A stretch of 57,606 nucleotides of DNA. Source: Channa argus (lineage: Eukaryota). This document shows positions 12,470 through 25,974 of the stretch, one piece after another (within the stretch, counting starts at the first letter, position 1; every line of letters starts with the position of its first letter). The translations under genes and the position numbers were made by a program. The notes under the pieces are model-generated. The model saw only the letters and a program-made list of their open reading frames with translations. It was not told the DNA's origin and searched no databases. Location of the stretch: assembly GCF_033026475.1 (NCBI RefSeq), contig NC_090210.1, forward strand, positions 20,187,894 to 20,245,499, written 5' to 3'.

Positions 12470-12908
12470 CTGGAAGGTCGGGAAAAAGCAGAGTTTTAGA
12501 TGTTGCCGGGTTCGTTATGAAGGTTTTTCTGGATGTTCAGTCAGTCAAACGATTCGTTTAATCATAACCCATTGAGTGTGGAGCTTGAAGAATATGTTGT
12601 AAATGTATGTTGTAGGAAAACACTTTTACTTCAGCTCATTAAACAAACGGTAAAAAAAAAAAAATTGTAAACATACATAATTTTGGAATTGGCTTGTGCA
12701 CTCAAACAATTGTTGTGCTGCCCACTACTCCCACTGTTCTGTTATGTGGTGCAACACCAGGCACACTGACACATAGGCTCAGACAAAAAAAAATAAATAA
12801 AAATCTTCTCTCCATTCCAGGATTTGTAATCTGGAGTCATCTCTCTGTGTATTTTCATTTGTTAGTTGCTCCACCAGTCTCACGCCATCAGATCAAAAGT
12901 AAATCTGA

Positions 12909-13020
12909 CCTGGCCTTGCGTTTGCGGACCCTGCGGTCCATCTCGGCCTCCTCGTAGTAATACTCGTTGTGGGAGTTGTCTCTCCTCCTGGCAGCTGCTG
13001 CTATCATGGCCCTGGACTGA
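12909..13020 (-). CDS. vangl2: Vangl2 exon (G)[36 protein letters not shown]
   Basis: Acceptor caacag|GT CAG, donor GCC AG|gtcaga. Phase links the preceding G and the following G TTG. Confidence 0.8.
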
Positions 13021-13261
13021 CCTGTTGAGTTATTTGTGGTGTTTTCTGCGTGCAGAAGAAGGAATTAGTGGATCTGCATTTCAGTATTTCAGATCACATT
13101 CAACAGAGAGCAAGAGCAAAGAGAGCAATTTAACCTCAAACAGATCTATGAAAAGTATATTTAGCCTCCGCGTATTAGACACACATACAGCGTGTCAGGC
13201 ATCTTTTTCAGAAGTAGACCAAAGAATGACAGCGTCAGAGTCATAGCGAAGTTGTATGTAC

Positions 13262-13395
13262 CGTCCAGGGAGTAAACCTTGAAGCCGGTCATCTTCTTGG
13301 ACAGGATAGACTTGGGCAGGTTGAGCAGAGCAGGGTTGTAGACGGTGAAGTCACTGTAATAACGGTCCAACACCCAGACAGCTGCCCTCTGGATG
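13262..13395 (-). CDS. vangl2: Vangl2 exon (S)IQRAAVWVLDRYYSDFTVYNPALLNLPKSILSKKMTGFKVYSLD(G)
   Basis: ORF 13161..13412(-). Acceptor ttttag|C ATC, donor GAC G|gtacat. Confidence 0.85.
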
Positions 13396-14450
13396 CTAAA
13401 ACACAGAGACAATCATCACGTCACTGTAAGAACAGGACAAACTCAAATGTAGGACAAAAAAAATAAATTAATTAAAAAAAATAAAAAAAAAACAGGGTGA
13501 TGTCTTGTTCAGATGTTTTTCCTCACTTTCAGTTTCTATTGTCTGAATGTTACTACCGCAAGTGAATACACTCAAAATCACATTTCCTCACAAAAGAACT
13601 TTCTTGAACTTCATTATATTTCATGTCCCAGATGTTAAACAAACTGCCGCGGTATATGACAAAGGCCGAGCTGCCATTTAATCCAGTGTCTGTACGCGGG
13701 AACAGATTCAATCATCTGATGTTTAATGCGACAGGAGGGAGCACAGATGAAAACCCAGCATCTGCATTTTAAGAATTTGGGTCTAAAAATGAAATTAATT
13801 CTAGGATGAGCTGAACATTGATAGTTTCCCGATGGAAAAGACAACATTTCTGTGGGTTTTGAGTCTCTTTGCATCGGGGAGATTCAAAAATAAACCCTAA
13901 AGATCCAAAAGTAACAACAAAGTCTAAACAAAAGGGCCTGTGAGGTCCCACAAAATGGCAATGATACATCCAGTTCCTTTTTTTTGAATGAATGCTGGGA
14001 TGAGACCTCAATCAAATAAAAAATTTAAAAAAAAGCACTGGACCGTAAATGACTAACAAAAGCTGTTGGACTGTGTCGGAGAGCCAGAACAGTTCAAAGA
14101 TGGGAAGATTTATTGGTTGGTTTTTATAAACCACTAATTCTTATTTTCCTTTGTTAAAGGAGCCATAAAATGCAGAATTTCAGGTTTAAATAATATCCAC
14201 TCTGTTTCTGACTAACAAGTACGCGGAAGCCTGTGAGATTGGATGAGCACGACTGTGTAAACTGTGGGTGTGTGGAGCCAAAGCGAAGTTTGTGTTTGGA
14301 CTGATGACATTCACACGTAGGATTGTTGGGAGCTTCAACAAAGCAGGAAGAGATTTTGTTTTCCTGCGGTTTCTTGTGTAAATTTGCCAGCAACATTTAT
14401 TTCGGATTTTTCTGGTAATAAAAGTATCAAGAACTTTGTAGTTAACTAAC

Positions 14451-15058
14451 CTGAGGTGGCCCACGTTGTAGAACTTGCTGGCCCCGTCTGTGCTCCGAAC
14501 CACCTTGAGGCAGAAGGCTGGCTGCAGGTGTCGGACCTCCAGCAGAACCAGAGCAAGGTATTGGATGAAGAGCAGGGCGTCCACCAAGGAGGCAGCGTAC
14601 TCCACGATCCCCCTGTAGTCCCTCTCCCTGGGCTCCAGCACCCGCACGCCGTAGAACAACCAATAGGAAGCCACGAACAGGAAAACCAGTACCATTAGCA
14701 GGCAGCGGAAGACGAAGAAGCGGGGGAGTGTGGCGCGAGGCGGGCGGAGAAACAGCGCCCACGAGGAGATGAGGAGGACCAAAAGCTTGAAGGCCAGGGA
14801 GACGTATAGGCCTTCGCAGGGCGTGCCGCAGGGTTCTAAAGCGTCACGCCACAGGACCTGTGGGAGGATGAGGAAGGCTAAAGGTGTGACCAGAGCAAAG
14901 AAGCTGAGACATCCTCCCAGAGCTGGGCCGATGAAGCGTTTGCACTCCAGCGGAATGGACTCCTCCAAATCTTTGGAGACGCGGGTCAGGTCCTCGTTGG
15001 AGATGCTGTGTTCTGAGGTGCCGGTGACGACCGTGGTCGTCTCTCCCCAGTTGTCATC
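14451..15058 (-). CDS. vangl2: Vangl2 large exon [18 protein letters not shown]...four TM helices...[18 protein letters not shown]
   Basis: ORF 14186..14968(-), 260 aa, near-identical to VANGL TM core. Acceptor gtgacag|GAT GAC, donor CTC AG|gttagt. Confidence 0.9.
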
Positions 15059-15799
15059 CTGTCACGCAAGGAAAATTAAAGAATAATTTCAAAACCATTT
15101 CAAAATTCATGATACAAGTGTAATGCTTCATTACTTTTTTAAAAAAGACGCTTCTTCAGTTCACTGAGGACCAACAACATCTCCTCCTCTCTGAAACCAC
15201 GCCTCTTCAATATTTTAAGACTCAGTTGTACAAGTTACACAATTGAGACGTCAGGAGTCCAAAAAGAGGAATCCACATCACGCAAACAAAAAGAATATAC
15301 ATCATAAATGTATCTACAATAAATACAGGCCAGGTGGCAGTTTAGAGGGCGACTCAATAACGCTCGGGTACAGATTTGTTTATTCTAAGAAGTATAATAT
15401 TCTACCACAGTGATAACACACAGGACAGAAAAGGATTTTTCCCCCCAACTAATACATAGAAAATAAAGTATGTGGTAAATGAGCTAAAGTGACTCAAATG
15501 TGACCCATGACTCTTCGCCAGTGCACTACGCTTTTTTTCACCACAGGTTTGTACCCGTCTTTATCTTGAGGTTGTGGCATGATAACAGAAATGCTGCATG
15601 ACACGGTTTAATCTTGATAGATTTGCTTTGAGACCTGCAGCGGTCTGCACCTCATTGTGGTGCATTAGATGGAGGAAGAAATGAAATCAAAATTAAAGGA
15701 GTAGCTGAAGCACCAAACAAAGACTTTAAAAACAAGCCTTTATTATCTTACAAACCCTGAAGGCCTCGGGTGCAGGCCATTGATAAGAGGTTGACTGAC

Positions 15800-15923
15800 C
15801 CTGTCATCTCCGCGAGTCGACTCTGCATCGAGCAGCGGCTCTCCTGGAGTCTGGATGGTGACCGATTTGTCTCCCCGGCTGCTGCTGTCTCGACTCTTCG
15901 AGCGGTGACGGTCTCTTCGGTCC
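15800..15923 (-). CDS. vangl2: Vangl2 exon (R)DRRDRHRSKSRDSSSRGDKSVTIQTPGEPLLDAESTRGDDR
   Basis: ORF 15743..15940(-). Acceptor ccatcag|G GAC, donor AGG|gtcagt. Matches VANGL2 N-terminal region. Confidence 0.85.
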
Positions 15924-16223
15924 CTGATGGACACAAGCACAGAACAGGGTTTAAGGTCGGTGAGGCAAGTTCCTTAGTTTAATAACCCGAATGAGATTTG
16001 AGGTCATTTTCCCTCAGATTCTTGTCACAGATTTATTCCTCGTCATTGACCTATTCCTGCTTCTCCAGCTAAGCCCAAGTTTTGTTGCGGTCTCGGGAAA
16101 ACCACACAAATATATCAGATTTTCATGACTTTGCATTTCATTGTGCAGAAATCCAACGCTACACCAACGAAAACACACAAAGTACTAAAAGAACTTGTAC
16201 GTACGTGAACTGAGCGACTCACC

Positions 16224-16294
16224 TGTGCTTGCGTGAGCTTCGGGAGTGCGACGACTTATATGAGTAGCCCGAGTACTGCGACTCGTTGTCCATG
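16224..16294 (-). CDS. vangl2: Vangl2 first coding exon MDNESQYSGYSYKSSHSRSSRKH(R)
   Basis: ATG at 16292-16294(-), donor CAC AG|gtgagt. Matches the VANGL2 N-terminus MDTESQYSGYSYKSGHSRSSRKHR better than VANGL1. Confidence 0.85.
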
Positions 16295-16700
16295 TCTCGG
16301 GTCGGCGGTGAGCGGGCTTTACGAGCCCCACCTCCTCCCCCAGTGCCGCGCTGCTCGCCGACTCCTCCCAGCTGGCTCTTGCGCTCAGAGATGGATTTGG
16401 TGGAGAGAGCCAGGGGCAGCTTGAGAAGGTCAACCTTACTCCTGAGGGAATCTATCTTGGAGGCTGATGAGGAGGGAGCAGGAGAAGGGAGGCGGGAGAA
16501 CGGGGAAGAGGCTACAAAGAGGAAGAGAAGTGGAGGAAGAGGGATGGGAGAGGATGGTGGGTAGGAGAGTCACAGCAGGGTAGAGCTGTGGCGGCCGTGG
16601 TCTGAAAGAGACGGACATAGACGAGATAAACGAGCTGAACACGCGTAAAACAGGCCCAGTTTGAGCTACTGGGAACAAGTATATAATTTATACATGGAAA
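16295..16700 (-). promoter_or_regulatory. vangl2: GC/CpG-rich 5'UTR and putative promoter of vangl2
   Basis: High CpG density immediately upstream of the start codon. The spurious ORFs here are GC-driven. Confidence 0.4.
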
Positions 16701-18119
16701 CTGACTGGAGATCACTAGAATACGGAACAAGACACATTAGTACCTTTTCATTCTTCAAGACATTCTCATAGTCGACCATCTAGATAGACTTCAAGGGCCC
16801 CACAATCTATTGTGAGCTTCCTTTTCATGTTACACACGTTAGTCTTGGTATAAACCACAAGATAAAAATCATTTGGAAATACTTCCTTCACAGCAGGCAT
16901 TCAAAGAGCACATTAAAGTCAAAGCACAACCCTCCACAAAAACTAAAATAAGAATAAATTTGAAGAAAAGCACATCATTACTCTAATACACTGAGGTTTT
17001 GCCGGTACATTCTAACAGGGGTCTGGTTTGGCTCACAGATAATGGGGACTAATTAATTGTTTCTGCTGGTGCTTCTGCCTTAAGTGAAGCATAGTTAAGC
17101 ATAGATGATAAATGTTTTGCCTTATTACTTGCTTACAGAATATACTTTATTTGTTGTTAAGCGAGTGATTTCTGTCATGTCAGCATTAAAGGATGGGTTC
17201 ACCATCTATCATGTCGTGTTCTCAAACAGTTAGGAGACCATATGAGCACTGACACAGGCTTTACTGCACTCATTCCTCCTCCCGCTTATCTGAAGACAAT
17301 ATGAGGCTTCAACATTGTACACTGGACACATTATGAAGATTTCTAACAATATTTGATGAGACAGAAATACGAAATACGAATACGAAAACTCATTCCTGTG
17401 GATTCTGGCCCCCCATCACTTCACACTGAGAGATTTTTATTTATTATTATTATTTTCTACAGCAAATGAGTCTAAACCTTTTTTGTCCAATTTACAGCCC
17501 CAAAATCCCACAATATTCTAATTTCAGTTGTATAAAGCAGCAAACATTTACAACATAGAAGCTGAAACAAGCATTAAAAACGATTAATAGCCAATTGTTT
17601 CAGCTAAAGTAAATGAAACGTTTTGATGCACAATAGTCGGCAGGAGCAGCACAGAAATGGGATTGGCATCAGGTTTCAGGAAGGAATATAAGTCAAACAT
17701 GCTTTTCAACCTGTTTAGTTCTACATCTTAATTACGTTTTAAATTAAGAGAAGCTGGTAAAAGGTCTCTGAAATCAAGACTGGAGTCAAGTTTGGGTGGA
17801 GTGGTCATAGGGCTTCAAGCATAGACTTAATTTAAAAAGAATTAATTGTCAAGGGGTTTGAGCTCAGGTTTAAACAAAACTTTTTGATGCACAATAATGA
17901 TCACAATGTTTCCAGGTCAACCATGAATAAAACCAAGAGAGAAACACACACAAAAAAAACCCCTGCATGTTCTGGTATGAAAATTATTCAACCAGTACCT
18001 CGAGGATCAGAAGGATTAGGATCCAGTTTCAGGAAGACATATCAGCCAGATTAATTATGACAAAAAACAAAAAAAAAAAAAAAAACAACACATCAACAAC
18101 AACTTGAAAGTAAGAGTCC

Positions 18120-18240
18120 ATGCGTGGGTGTTTGTTCGTGTGGGAATCAAACCTCTGGCTGTGACAGTGAGAACTGTGAACCATCGACCAAGTGATACTC
18201 AAACATGTGAAGCCACTAAACTGAGGCTTTAGCTTCCGCT
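18120..18240 (-). repeat. Possible tRNA-derived SINE fragment (GGTTTGATTCCCACA box-B-like, TTTAGTGGCTTCACA box-A-like)
   Basis: Box A/B-like motifs on the minus strand. Weak call. Confidence 0.25.
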
Positions 18241-19175
18241 TTGGGTTTTTCCTATCACGTATTCCAGGTCTCGGCCAAGGTTAATCATCACAAAACTGCA
18301 TCTCGTCTCGCTGCTTTAGCCGACGTTAGCTCGGACACAATGGCAGCCATATTGCATTACTGTGTTTTCACAAAACTTGTTTGCCCTCTCCCTCCCTCTC
18401 GCGGTCTCACATTCCCTCCCGCACTCCCCTCGTCCCCAGGGAAACAGGGCCTCTCCGCTGCCATGGTGATGAAAAAGGGCGTTCAGCTGGAGGGGGATTG
18501 GAGGTTGACAGTTGCCGTGGAAACCTGACCTCAAGCCGCCCTCTGCCACTCGAGAAAGGAAAAGAATTTGCCAAAATAAAAGTGTTGGCATGACGGATGT
18601 TGTACTGTCATATGCTGGTTAAGTAATAAAGGGAGGGTGTGGCTCGTTGGCTTTGATTGGTCCTCTGTGGGAAATGGAGAGGGGCGTTAGCTGCCTTCAC
18701 TGTCTTTATTCGAGCCTGGATTCATTTTATGTGGCCTCTATGCTCCATCAGTGTCATTGTGTTGAAATCCACTTCCCTTTGAGCTACATACTGTACAACA
18801 AGGAATCTGTCAGTGCGATTTCTGCCAATTTATCTACATCAATTTACCCCCCGCCCCCCCATCCACTCCAAAACTGCCTTGAAATTAACCAGACCAGAGA
18901 TTTTGCAGCCCTGCAGCCATGTGTGAAACCTCATCAACATACTTTCTCCAAACCACAAAACAGTCTCTTCCTGCTGCATCATCATCATCATCATCACCTT
19001 TTACCTTGAGTATCAGTCAAGAAATTAGCATCTTGTCCGCAGAGATGTGATATTGTTTTCTTAAAGAGCAAACATATGATTCAAACGCTCACCACATTCC
19101 TCTGCAGCAGAAAGAAACTTCAAAGCATCACCCAACATAAGACATTTCTCTAAAGTGCAGGACTTTTTTTTTTTT

Positions 19176-19300
19176 GTCTTTTCAGCTTATCCCGTGAGTT
19201 CAGGGTCACCACGGCGGATCATTGTCCGCATGTTGATTTGCCATAGTTTTTACACCGGATGCCCTTCCTGACGCAACCCTCCCTTGGCAGGACTTTGAAA
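19176..19300 (-). repeat. Interspersed repeat copy 1 (cggcttatcccgtgagttcagggtcRccacRgcggatcattgtccgcatgttgatttgSca), poly-A-tailed element on minus strand
   Basis: About 80-85% identical copies at 48474-48560 and (inverted) 55040-55112. Confidence 0.7.
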
Positions 19301-22300
19301 TGAGGAAGGAAAATTAAGAAAATGTCAATGTTACAAATGTGACCGTCTCAGCTGCTCTGCATCTCAAGCTCAATTATTAATCACTGCTGATTCACATGGA
19401 AGAGAAGATTTAAGTGGAGGGGGAAAAAAAAGGAGGAGGACACAAGCATTCCCAGACAAACCACATATTTTTAGACAGACAAAAGACAAAATCTAAATAG
19501 TGTTTTGAACTAATGGCTGTGGATGTTGAGCTGGAACTTGCTCACGCAGACAGAAACGTTGACCAAAATAACAATCAGAACTCATCAGTGGTCTTAATGT
19601 TTAGCCTCCCATCTTTAAAAAAATAACAATTACAGCAATGCGGGCTGCATTTTAAAAGGGAAAACATTAAAAACAACAACAACAAAGAATCTCAGATTTT
19701 AAATAGACGTTTAAACTAGAAGCCAGTGACCACTGAAGGTGCAAAAGCAACATGTTGGCCCCAGAAAATACTGTTCATAAGATGTTCATAAAGAGCTTAC
19801 CACCTTAGTAAATAGGGTCTTTCGTGTGTTTATGAGTCTCAGAACCTTATTCTATAATTTCAGGGTAATAATCTCCCATTTCCTGGGCACAACTAAAAAT
19901 GACAGCCCTCTGCTGGCACAACAGCTACGTTCACAGATTCACCTAACTCAAGTAGCTTCAGCGTCTTCGGGCCATGAATATAAACAACAAATTCCAAACA
20001 TCTTATGTTATGTTTTAGGTTTTTTTTTTTTGGTGCAGATTATTATTAAAGTGCTTGAGCAAGACGGTGGTGGCTTAGACAACGAACCCAGAAAAGAGAA
20101 TCACGACCATCTAATCAACAGAGGAATGAATAAAAAATTAAAAACAAAACAAAAAAAAAAAAACACAACACATTATTGCTGCACCCCAGAGTCAAAGAAA
20201 CAGACCGACAGAACAGAAAGATCTAACAGTAACAACTTTTTTTATGCCTAACAGAGAATATAGATATTTAGCTACAGTTCAGAGTCTAGTTTAATAAATT
20301 ACATATGTTACGAAGAAATGTTTCCATTCTGGGCCAGATGATTGACTTGTGTCCTAAATTCATGTACGTCTGAGTCAGGTTTCAAACAATTCCAACAATG
20401 ACTTTGGACACAGTACATTCAGGGCTTCAAGGCAGCAATGAATGAAGAATGTCTCTCAGTCTTTCTGAACCTCAACGCGAAACAGAGGATTGACAGTTTT
20501 CAGAACGAGGGACTGACAACGTTCTGCACTGACCTCTCAGGTGGAGGACATCTTGTCAACATGACAGCACGGCACTTAATGACTAACACCTGCCACCAAA
20601 CAAAACAAAAAATGTAGTTGTCTTTTAAACGACAGCATTCATTCACTTATTAAATCTTTCAAGAGGAGCTAAAGCTTGAACAGAGGGAAGAAGCTGGTTT
20701 ACAGTTCTCACCTGATTTAGCCTGAACACATTTGCAGGTTGCTACGTCTCATGTCTGCACTTCAATACATTTGTCTAAGCCTGTAAAAAAAAAAAAAAAA
20801 AAGTGCCATTTGAGAAAAAATTAAATTAAAACCTTCACCCTAAACGTTCCATATTCTCCCTCTCTCAGTAATTTCTGCCCCTGACCCTTGAACTCTGAAA
20901 TAAACCAGCTTGTTTACCTGCCCCTCACTCTGTCGGCTTGTTCCGTAAGAATATGACTGAACACTTGATCTACAAAGGTGTGGTCCGGTGCTGAGATGGA
21001 TTAAGTTTCCTATTCAGTATCCTATGGCCTACTTAATGAACCACACCAGGACTCTTCTCATCAACATCAGGCAGCAGCAGTAACGATAGATTTACTCTCC
21101 AAAGTGCATCAGTGAGACGTACAGCCTTTAAGTAAATACACAGCATCGGCTGTAGTATTTGATCCATGTCGCCATTAAAAAAAAAACAAAAAAAAAAAAC
21201 GGCTCCTTTCTTTTCATCTTACCATTGGCCCCCAGCAGCCCTTGTTTACCGAACAGTAGTGTGACTCCTCAGCTCATTTCTGCATTTCTTTTGCACGTCC
21301 TGATGCAAGAAAATCACCCTTGTACACATCACTCTTGGCTGACTTCAACACAGCAGTCCAGTAATCTGTGTGTGCATGTGTGGTCTGAGATTGAACAGTC
21401 CTAATGTTGAGCTTTCAGGCTGAATGGCTTTACGGTTTGTGCAAAAGAGTGTGTAGAACCATTTCTTTTTTAAACTGATCTAAGTGCCCGTCCCTCAAAA
21501 ACAAAAAAAAAGACTTAATGACCTCAATCTTAAAAAAAAATTAAAAAAACACCCGAATTTGCTAAATGAACAAATAAGAACAGACACAAAAACAGACATA
21601 ACCACAAGCACACAAAATTCCCCATATTTTACAGAGGATGTGGTCTTGTTGTCCTCACTGGTAACGACAGCCCTGATTATATGCAATTTACTTTGAGCAA
21701 CCTCCAGCCAGAAATTATAACAACAAATAAAAAGTAATCATGCAGCCCACTTGGCTGGTTATCAAACACCAAGTTTCTAAGCATTGTTTACTTATTTTTA
21801 TTGTCAGTCTTAATTTACATAATAACTTTGCATGAATTTGATTTAGGAAAAGTTTGATTATGATCACTATATGTTAAGAAACACGGTGTTTCAGTAAAGC
21901 AGGAAAATGTAGTTATGATTTCAATTTATCGAATCAAAAACTTGCATTCACGTTCTTAGCACTTTAGAATGGGCATTTATGCACCTTTGAGTTATGGTGA
22001 TTAAATGTATTGCTCTTACTGGAAAATGAAAGCATTCACCTTTAACCGCCTATTCTGAACTGATGCATCTTTCTGTTTTCCTTCACGTTTCCATCACTTT
22101 GTCATCTGCATTTCTAATGTAAAATTGCAAATAAATAAATAAAAACGTAAAAAATTCCAAATATTCTGTGACTAATAAAGTGTTGCTGCAAACATGCAGC
22201 TCGAGTCACAAGACATAAAACTAGCAGATGTAGGATTTTACAGCCTCTATTCTCCCCAAGGCAAAAAGAAATCAAGCTGTCATCAAACATTCTGAGCTTC

Positions 22301-22597
22301 TGGCACAAGACAGCAGCTGTCTGGGTGGAAAAGTAATCTGGACCATCTCTGAAATGACCAGCTCCATTCAAAAGCCATTTGAGGCCTGATATACCAACTG
22401 TGAAAATAAGCATGCACACACAAAAACTCAGGCTCCATCGGGGGAAGAGGCTCATCAGTGTGCCAGGGCCACACACACACACGGGACTGACCGCCACCCA
22501 CTGCTGCCTGTGACAACATCAGTAAAACCAGAGAAAAACAAGCCAACTGCTACTGTCAGCCTTAGTGCACACATGGCCAGCAAACCGGAGCAGGTGT

Positions 22598-22599
22598 CG

Positions 22600-22640
<41 letters not shown>
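22598..22640. repeat. (TG)n microsatellite, about 20 units
   Basis: ctgtgtgtgtgtgtgtgtgtgtgtgtgtgtgtgtgtgtgtgtac. Confidence 0.95.
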
Positions 22641-23799
22641 GTGCTGGGATTCAAACACAAATGGCCACACGGGCTCCGTCTTCAGATCCCAACAAAGTAG
22701 AGCAGAGACATGAAGTGGCTTAACAAACTCAGATGAGATTGATGTGGTTCAGACACAAAACTCTCCCAAGCCTCAGGAAGCTCTCTTCAACAGCAGATGT
22801 TACTTCTGAATTATCGGTTTCTGTGCATGAAATATCGACGGGTGCACAGAACGCACTGCCAGAAGAGAAAAAGTTGGGTTTAAAGTCTTCAAATTGGTAG
22901 TACTTTGACAACAAACAAGAAAACGGATAAATATTTAACATTGGAAAAGGACAGGAAAAGTATTGTCATGGTTTTTTTTATAGATATTTCAGAAACAATA
23001 ACTGATTAGTTTTTTTGTTGGTTTAAGATTTTAAAGGGTCTGTTCCCCGAAATCACAAGCAAAGCCTTTTTCGCCATTTACACTCCAACAAAAAGCAGAT
23101 ATCAAAGCATGTTTTAATGATTTTTAAATAGAATGGTCATCTATGAAGGCTTCAGACACAGTTTATATTTACACACCCCCCTGATCCTAACCAAAATTAT
23201 GTTTTACCCTTTAATTCACTGATGTTTGAACCAGAGATGAAACAATCAATTAACTTACCCACTTTAGGAATACAGACGGAATCACTGTAGCAATTTAATG
23301 GTGCTGATTTAACACATGATCGTATTCGATAGTCAAGTGACATTTTGCCAGTAAAGAAGGAAAACCGTGGTTTGCTCCCGGGGTTTTGATGAACATAACC
23401 AGGACACACTGGCTGAAGACTGACTAAAGTCTTATTAGGCAGAAATTGCCAAATATTCACTGGATGCAGCTGCTTACTTTCTATCAATCACTGTGGATTT
23501 TGGGTAGAGGGGCCTGTTCATTTGACCCAACAACCCCCCGTCCTTACTTTCTGGCATTTTATGGAGAAAGGAAAATACTAAGACCAAGCTTAAGATCCCC
23601 CTGACAGCAGACGGCATCGATTATCCCAATTCCCAGTGATATGAGGCATCTCCGACAAACTACAGCCTGACATACTTACACTGAAGCTGCTGCAGAATCT
23701 GCAGGGAGTTTATCGCAGCACGGTAAGTCGCGGTTTCTATCACCATCACGTGCCCTCTGGATGGAGCAGGTTATAGCGATAAGGGGCATCACCTCCGAC

Positions 23800-24900
23800 G
23801 TGGATTTATGGCACTATTTACTTTTAGGCGCAAAGCGAGGCCCGTAACCGCTCCCGCAACTGTTTCTGTTTGACTTTAATGGCGCACCAACGTGGAAAAA
23901 AAAAAAAAACGTTTGGACACATTTTAGATCGAGTCTGTGGTGACACGGATCAAGAGTCAAGCTCATCAATAATTTAACAATATTCCACATGCACAAAGGG
24001 GCCACCAAGACGCTCGGCTGCTGCGAGGAAACACCCGCTTTTAGGGGCCAAAATAAAGAGTTGTGCGACCTACAAAGATTAAAAAGGGAGGGTGTTGTAG
24101 GAGAGCAGGACAATGGGAGGCTCCCAGGCCCGCACTGGTGGCGTCCTGATGCCCAGGGATCCAAGCGCTGGTTCCCCTTTCGGTTTCCAAGCGGGACGCC
24201 CTTGCAGTCAATGAATGGACGCGCTCACATTCCCACCAGTCCTCCGCCGAGGCGAACATCCCAAATCGTCGGCCTACAGTCGAGCAGGACGCATCGCTCC
24301 CTGGATCCCCTTCTCCACCCTCCGGTAGCGTCTCTGAAGACAACGCTTCTTCCTCGAGCTCAAAATCCGTGCCGAGAGCTACGTGGCCGCAGCGGGAACA
24401 ACAATGGGGCCGATGAGGGTCCTAAACTTCCCTGCGGTTTCACAGAAAAAGGCGACCATCGCGTCCTCTCGACTATTGTTTGAGAAAACCGGAGATCTCC
24501 GGCGCCCCACATCCTCCCTTCCCTCTCCGCAGCGCACACGCACCCACAACCAGCCCCATGACAAGCATTTCAAGACATTTCCCACAGAAAAAGTACTACT
24601 TACTTATTCCAGATTGTCCATTCAGGTATTTTTCACTTTCCACTTTCCTTCCACTCCGCCGTAGCAGCGTGCGCCCCGCCTCCGCTCCAGTTTGGCCCCT
24701 CCTCTGTGTTCCCCTGGGGGCTGAGGGAGGCACGGCCTGTGAAACCGGAGGTTCTGCCGCAGCACAAGTCAAACCGCGCTGCGAGGTCTGTCCTTACTTT
24801 GTGCACTCGGTGGACAACACCGAGAAGCTTCATGTCACAAAAGTAAGTGTCTCCTCTGGCTCATAAAACACTTTAAGGGCCGCTGATTGGATAAAGTCCT
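23800..24900. promoter_or_regulatory. Orphan CpG island in the vangl2-ncstn intergenic region, candidate promoter or first exon of an unannotated transcript
   Basis: Dense CpG (many cg, gcgc, ccgg). A plus-strand ORF (24480..24866) ends at AAAAG|gtaagtgtc. No homology recognised. Confidence 0.3.
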
Positions 24901-24952
24901 CCACCACCACAACCACCACCACCACCATCCTCCTCCTCCTCCTCCTCCTCAT
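24895..24952. repeat. Compound triplet repeat (CCA)n(CCT)n
   Basis: ccaccaccacaaccaccaccaccaccatcctcctcctcctcctcctcctc. Confidence 0.9.
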
Positions 24953-25974
24953 CACAGTTTTAAACACAGTCTGAGATTTATGGTCGTTGATGATTTGTGT
25001 CAAATTATTTAGGAAACTACAAAGATTTGACTGAATGTACACAGCTACCCAAAATTATTTGATAATTTGTGTTTTAACCTCAGAATATTTATATGACGAT
25101 GCAGTTTGAAGCTGTTCAAAGGCATCAGTGGGTTATAATAAGTACAATTACTAAGTACTATTAGCTTGGCAATTACTTAAACCTAAATATTTTAAGTCAA
25201 TTTTAAATTGAGTTTCTTAGCATTATTTAACTAATTACAATATATTGTACAATTATAAACATATGAACACATCATCTTTAAGTTGAACTAACCTATTTAT
25301 TAGCTTGGATCACACATGGTTGACTTTTGTGCTTTTGTTGGGACTGAAATAATTTTTGAATACTTACAAAAGTGAACAGGTAATTTTATTAAGATCTTGC
25401 TGATGGCGATCGTTTTAGAGATTTTCCTGTCCTCTGCCTCTGACAACGGTGGCAGACTGACCTCAGCAGGAAGTTTCAATATTAGCCAAGCAACAGATGG
25501 CCTTTTCCAGGCAATGCGGTTAATGTTAGGGGCAGTCATTGGTCAAGGTGATGGGCCCATGAAACATCTCAAAATAAAAAAGTTGACAACGTCCGGTTGA
25601 GGTTAAAAGACGACCGTCTTTGTCTGCAGCAGCTGCCTCTCCAAAAGCTGGCCCCTCCTCATCTGAGCCCAATAAGTTCAGAGAACATCTTAGAGAAGGG
25701 TTGAACTGAGGGATGAGCTGAGGGACCCATGTGAGACAATGTCCCTGTGAACTTATTTTATAAACTGCAACTGGAACTGTCCAAAATGTGTCAAAAACAT
25801 TATAGCTTTATTTACATCTTGTGTGTATATTTATATGTATATCTATATATATACTGTATGTTTGCACAGACTCCCACAATCTGAACTGCCATCTTGTCCA
25901 ACTGTAGCAGCAATAAGTTTAAGAAACTGATTCCTGTATGACTATCAGTGTCTCACATTGTTTTGGAGGAATTT

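Noticed and set aside
12866-13246. 126-aa plus-strand ORF
   Set aside because: Antisense to vangl2 exons 4-5 and the intervening intron. No support
14442-15086. Several ORFs antisense to or out of frame in vangl2 exon 3 (14442..14762-, 14456..14698+, 14730..15086+)
   Set aside because: Typical GC-rich-exon shadow ORFs. The in-frame Vangl reading frame explains the region
16286-16730. ORFs in the GC-rich region upstream of the vangl2 ATG
   Set aside because: CpG-island composition artefacts. No splice-consistent gene model
22455-22713. ORFs rich in H/T or C/V (…THTHTHTHTHT… / …CVCVCVCV…)
   Set aside because: Translations of the (TG)n microsatellite
24830-25042. ORF with poly-R / poly-V run
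   Set aside because: Translation of the (CCA)n(CCT)n triplet repeat
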